Origin: Candidatus Micrarchaeota archaeon
GTDB taxonomy: Archaea; Micrarchaeota; Micrarchaeia; Anstonellales; Bilamarchaeaceae
DNA: 64,000 bases
Reading direction: 5' to 3'
Assembly: GCA_038046765.1 (NCBI GenBank)
Contig: JBBSVN010000003.1
Location: forward strand, 1-64,000
Shown here one piece after another: positions 61,662 through 64,000 of this stretch. The notes under the pieces are model-generated. The model did not search any database. It had not been told where the DNA came from and worked only from the letters and a program-made list of their open reading frames with translations. How positions within the stretch are numbered: the first letter of the stretch is position 1; the number at the start of each line of letters is the position of its first letter. The translations under genes were made by a program, and so were the position numbers.

Positions 61662-61744
61662 GATTTTTCACCTAAAGATAATTTAGAGGTTAATACTTTT
61701 AAACAATGATTTAAATCATTAGGTTTTAAAATTGTTTCAGTTAA

Positions 61745-62746
61745 ATGTTATTTATGGGAGCAGTAACTAAAGAAGCATTTAAACGCCGAGTTGAAGATGT
61801 AAAAGTTGCAAGAAGAATGTTTGATATTACTAGCCTTAAATTTGATCCTTATCTTTTTGATATAGGTGGTCAAGCAGATATTTTGTCTGCAACAGATACG
61901 CTTACTGCAAAGCGATATGCTGTTAAACTTTTAAGGATCACAAGTCCAAGTTCTATCTTAAGTTTCTCTGTTGAAGCTAAGTTACTTATGCGATTGGAGC
62001 ATCCTTTTATTAGCATGGGAATAACTGATTTAAGAACCTTAGAAAATGATCCACCTGAAATTAAAGAACATTTAGTATCCAATCACCTGATTATGGCTCA
62101 GGTTATTCCTTCGCCATATATAGTTATGGAATTAATCGAAGGCATGGATTTACATGTTCGTAGGGGTAGCGGTTTTATTTCGATTAAAAGTTGTGTTGAG
62201 ATTACAATAAAAATCTGCAAGGCAGTAAGCTATTTGTTTTCTAAAGGAATTTTACACCGAGACCTAACACCAGATAATGTGATTGTTGATGATATGTTTA
62301 ACCCCACTCTGATTGATTTTGCACTTAGTGGGGCATGTGCTGAAAACTTCCGTGTTAATCCATTTCATCTTCCAGAACCAAGTGCTTTTAAAAAGAAGTA
62401 TAATAGTATAATTGGCGCAGACGAATACCTTGCACCTGAAAGAGGTCCACCAAATTTTGTAATTGACGATGTTCGGTCTGAAATATATTCTCTTGGTGCG
62501 ATTTTGTATTTCTTGATTGCCAAACGTCCACCTCATTTAATGCGAACTGGTATATTGGACACTGATTTTTCTATTGCCAAAAAAGAAGATATTCCAAGTT
62601 TTTATTCTGTAGGCCAGGGAAATTTAGTTCCACCTAAACTCGAAGAATTAGTCAGAATCGCTTTAGAATACGATCCAAAAAATCGATTTCAAACGCCTGG
62701 TGAAATGATTGCCGCGCTTAAATCGGTTTTAAGAGAGTGCATGTAA
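61745..62746 (+). CDS. Hanks-type Ser/Thr kinase-like protein
   Basis: GGQADI, AVKLL, HRDLTPDN, DFA, YLAPE, IYSLG. Confidence 0.88.
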   Translation: MLFMGAVTKEAFKRRVEDVKVARRMFDITSLKFDPYLFDIGGQADILSATDTLTAKRYAVKLLRITSPSSILSFSVEAKLLMRLEHPFISMGITDLRTLENDPPEIKEHLVSNHLIMAQVIPSPYIVMELIEGMDLHVRRGSGFISIKSCVEITIKICKAVSYLFSKGILHRDLTPDNVIVDDMFNPTLIDFALSGACAENFRVNPFHLPEPSAFKKKYNSIIGADEYLAPERGPPNFVIDDVRSEIYSLGAILYFLIAKRPPHLMRTGILDTDFSIAKKEDIPSFYSVGQGNLVPPKLEELVRIALEYDPKNRFQTPGEMIAALKSVLRECM

Positions 62747-62853
62747 TTTCTTACGGTTTATCAGATTTTTCTAATAAAAAGTATAAGAAATGTTGGGTTT
62801 TTTTAAGATTTAGCAGTATTTAACATTTTCATAATTATCCTTTTAAATGTTGG

Positions 62854-63501
62854 GTGAAAAAACTAAACATGTATAAAAAGAAATTATCAAACCCAAGTTT
62901 CGTCATCTTAGTAATCTTACTGATATTATACATTTTATTTTCAGAGACCCAATCTCTAGGTACATTTAAAACTTATATAGAGCCATTGCTAATACTATGG
63001 TTTTTAGCCACTCTGATTATTCATTGTTATGAAGAATACGTTTTTCGAAATAATCTAATTAATTCTCTGTCTTTTTTAGAAAAACTGAATTTTAAAAAAG
63101 TAGATTCTAGAGAGTTATGGTCTGGTATTTATCGTAATCGAACCTTTAATCTGAGCCTAAAAATTTTTAGACCAACTAAATTCGCTCATTTCTATTACTT
63201 AAGGATAGACACACTAAATAAACGAAATAATCTCACGCTTAAAATCCAGCCTATTGATTATAAAAATAAAACGATTGAATCGAAATATAGTTATATCGCA
63301 CCAAGAATTGAAAGTTTGGGTCTTTTTTCTAAATTTTCAACAGTATTGCCATCTTTTACCCTTCCTAATTCTATCCTAGAATTCTTTGTAATTTCTGAAA
63401 AACAAACTTATTTTCTTCTCCCAGAAAACTTATTTGATGAGGTAAATTTAGTCGAAGCTTTGAATATCATTTGCGATATAATGGATAAAGAAGAACTTTG
63501 A
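62854..63501 (+). CDS. hypothetical membrane protein
   Basis: Two N-terminal TM segments; GGTGA RBS. Confidence 0.65.
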   Translation: MKKLNMYKKKLSNPSFVILVILLILYILFSETQSLGTFKTYIEPLLILWFLATLIIHCYEEYVFRNNLINSLSFLEKLNFKKVDSRELWSGIYRNRTFNLSLKIFRPTKFAHFYYLRIDTLNKRNNLTLKIQPIDYKNKTIESKYSYIAPRIESLGLFSKFSTVLPSFTLPNSILEFFVISEKQTYFLLPENLFDEVNLVEALNIICDIMDKEEL

Positions 63502-63508
63502 TATATCA

Positions 63509-64000
63509 TTACTTCCTCATAACAATTATACTTTCCCTTACATTTATTTTTTTAGGTTTAACATCTGCTAATCTATTAGCTGCTACAATTATTTCGACTT
63601 CCTTAAATCCAATTCGTTCTGCCATCTCTGCTAAAACTTCATCAACTAAAACATGCGTTTCATAAATCACTGAATTAGCTACATTAAAATAGCATGCTTT
63701 ACCTGGTTTAAGAATTCTATGAATTTGTTTTAGCGTTAGTTCCATATCATAAAAATAAGTTCCAATTATCGGTATTTTCTCTCCAATTTCCCCAACTTCT
63801 GGAGGCATCTTTTCAATTTTTTTATCTAACGTAATAAATGATCGAACCATTTGTGTTCTTGTTTCTTTAGTAATCTCTTTACTCATTCCAAGCAAACTTA
63901 ATTCTAATCCGTAAACTTTAGAATAATCAATATTATTTAGATATGGGGGCGAAGTTACGATTAAGTCAACACTTTCGTCTTTAATACTCTGGCAAATTCT
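63509..64000 (-). CDS. amino (probably N4-cytosine) DNA methyltransferase, 5'-truncated by window edge
   Basis: Frame is open to the window edge: VDLIVTSPPYLNNIDY, RILKPG, RESII. Confidence 0.88.
   Translation of the reverse strand, partial: RICQSIKDESVDLIVTSPPYLNNIDYSKVYGLELSLLGMSKEITKETRTQMVRSFITLDKKIEKMPPEVGEIGEKIPIIGTYFYDMELTLKQIHRILKPGKACYFNVANSVIYETHVLVDEVLAEMAERIGFKEVEIIVAANRLADVKPKKINVRESIIVMRK

Noticed and set aside
2605..62536. Short antisense or nested ORFs in the track (e.g. 4948-5271, 14484-14936, 25559-26119, 47103-47447)
   Set aside because: They shadow well-supported genes and have no motifs.
63509..64000. Complete restriction-modification system
   Set aside because: The methyltransferase is cut by the window edge and no endonuclease is visible.

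Overview
AT-rich archaeal chromosomal segment, most consistent with a DPANN lineage (Micrarchaeota-like; an inference from the divergent, unlinked 16S rRNA, archaeal rpl18e-rpl13-rps9-rpoN-tRNA-Pro-rps2 cluster, aRF1 and GGTGA ribosome-binding sites). It holds the 3' part of a 16S rRNA gene with two short bulge-helix-bulge (BHB) introns, and a tRNA-Pro(GGG) with a T-loop intron. Housekeeping genes include class II RNR with a redoxin, an RbgA-type GTPase, gatC, glmS, lpdA, rtcB/COG0523/archease, sufSU and sufCBD, and uvrA/uvrB. There are also transporters (MacB-type ABC, NRAMP, MFS), a pentameric ligand-gated ion channel homologue, two or three toxin-antitoxin modules, many orphan proteins and a truncated SPPY-type DNA methyltransferase. 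The most notable unexplained items are: a ~235-nt pseudoknotted candidate ncRNA followed by a very basic small protein (29.6-30.0 kb); a family of GC-rich multi-hairpin intergenic elements with a shared end motif; probable ATC start codons (uvrA, lpdA); an in-frame TAA in rps2; and a run of enzymes with altered active sites at 59-62.7 kb. All calls come from reading the sequence and recalled family motifs; no searches or folding programs were run.
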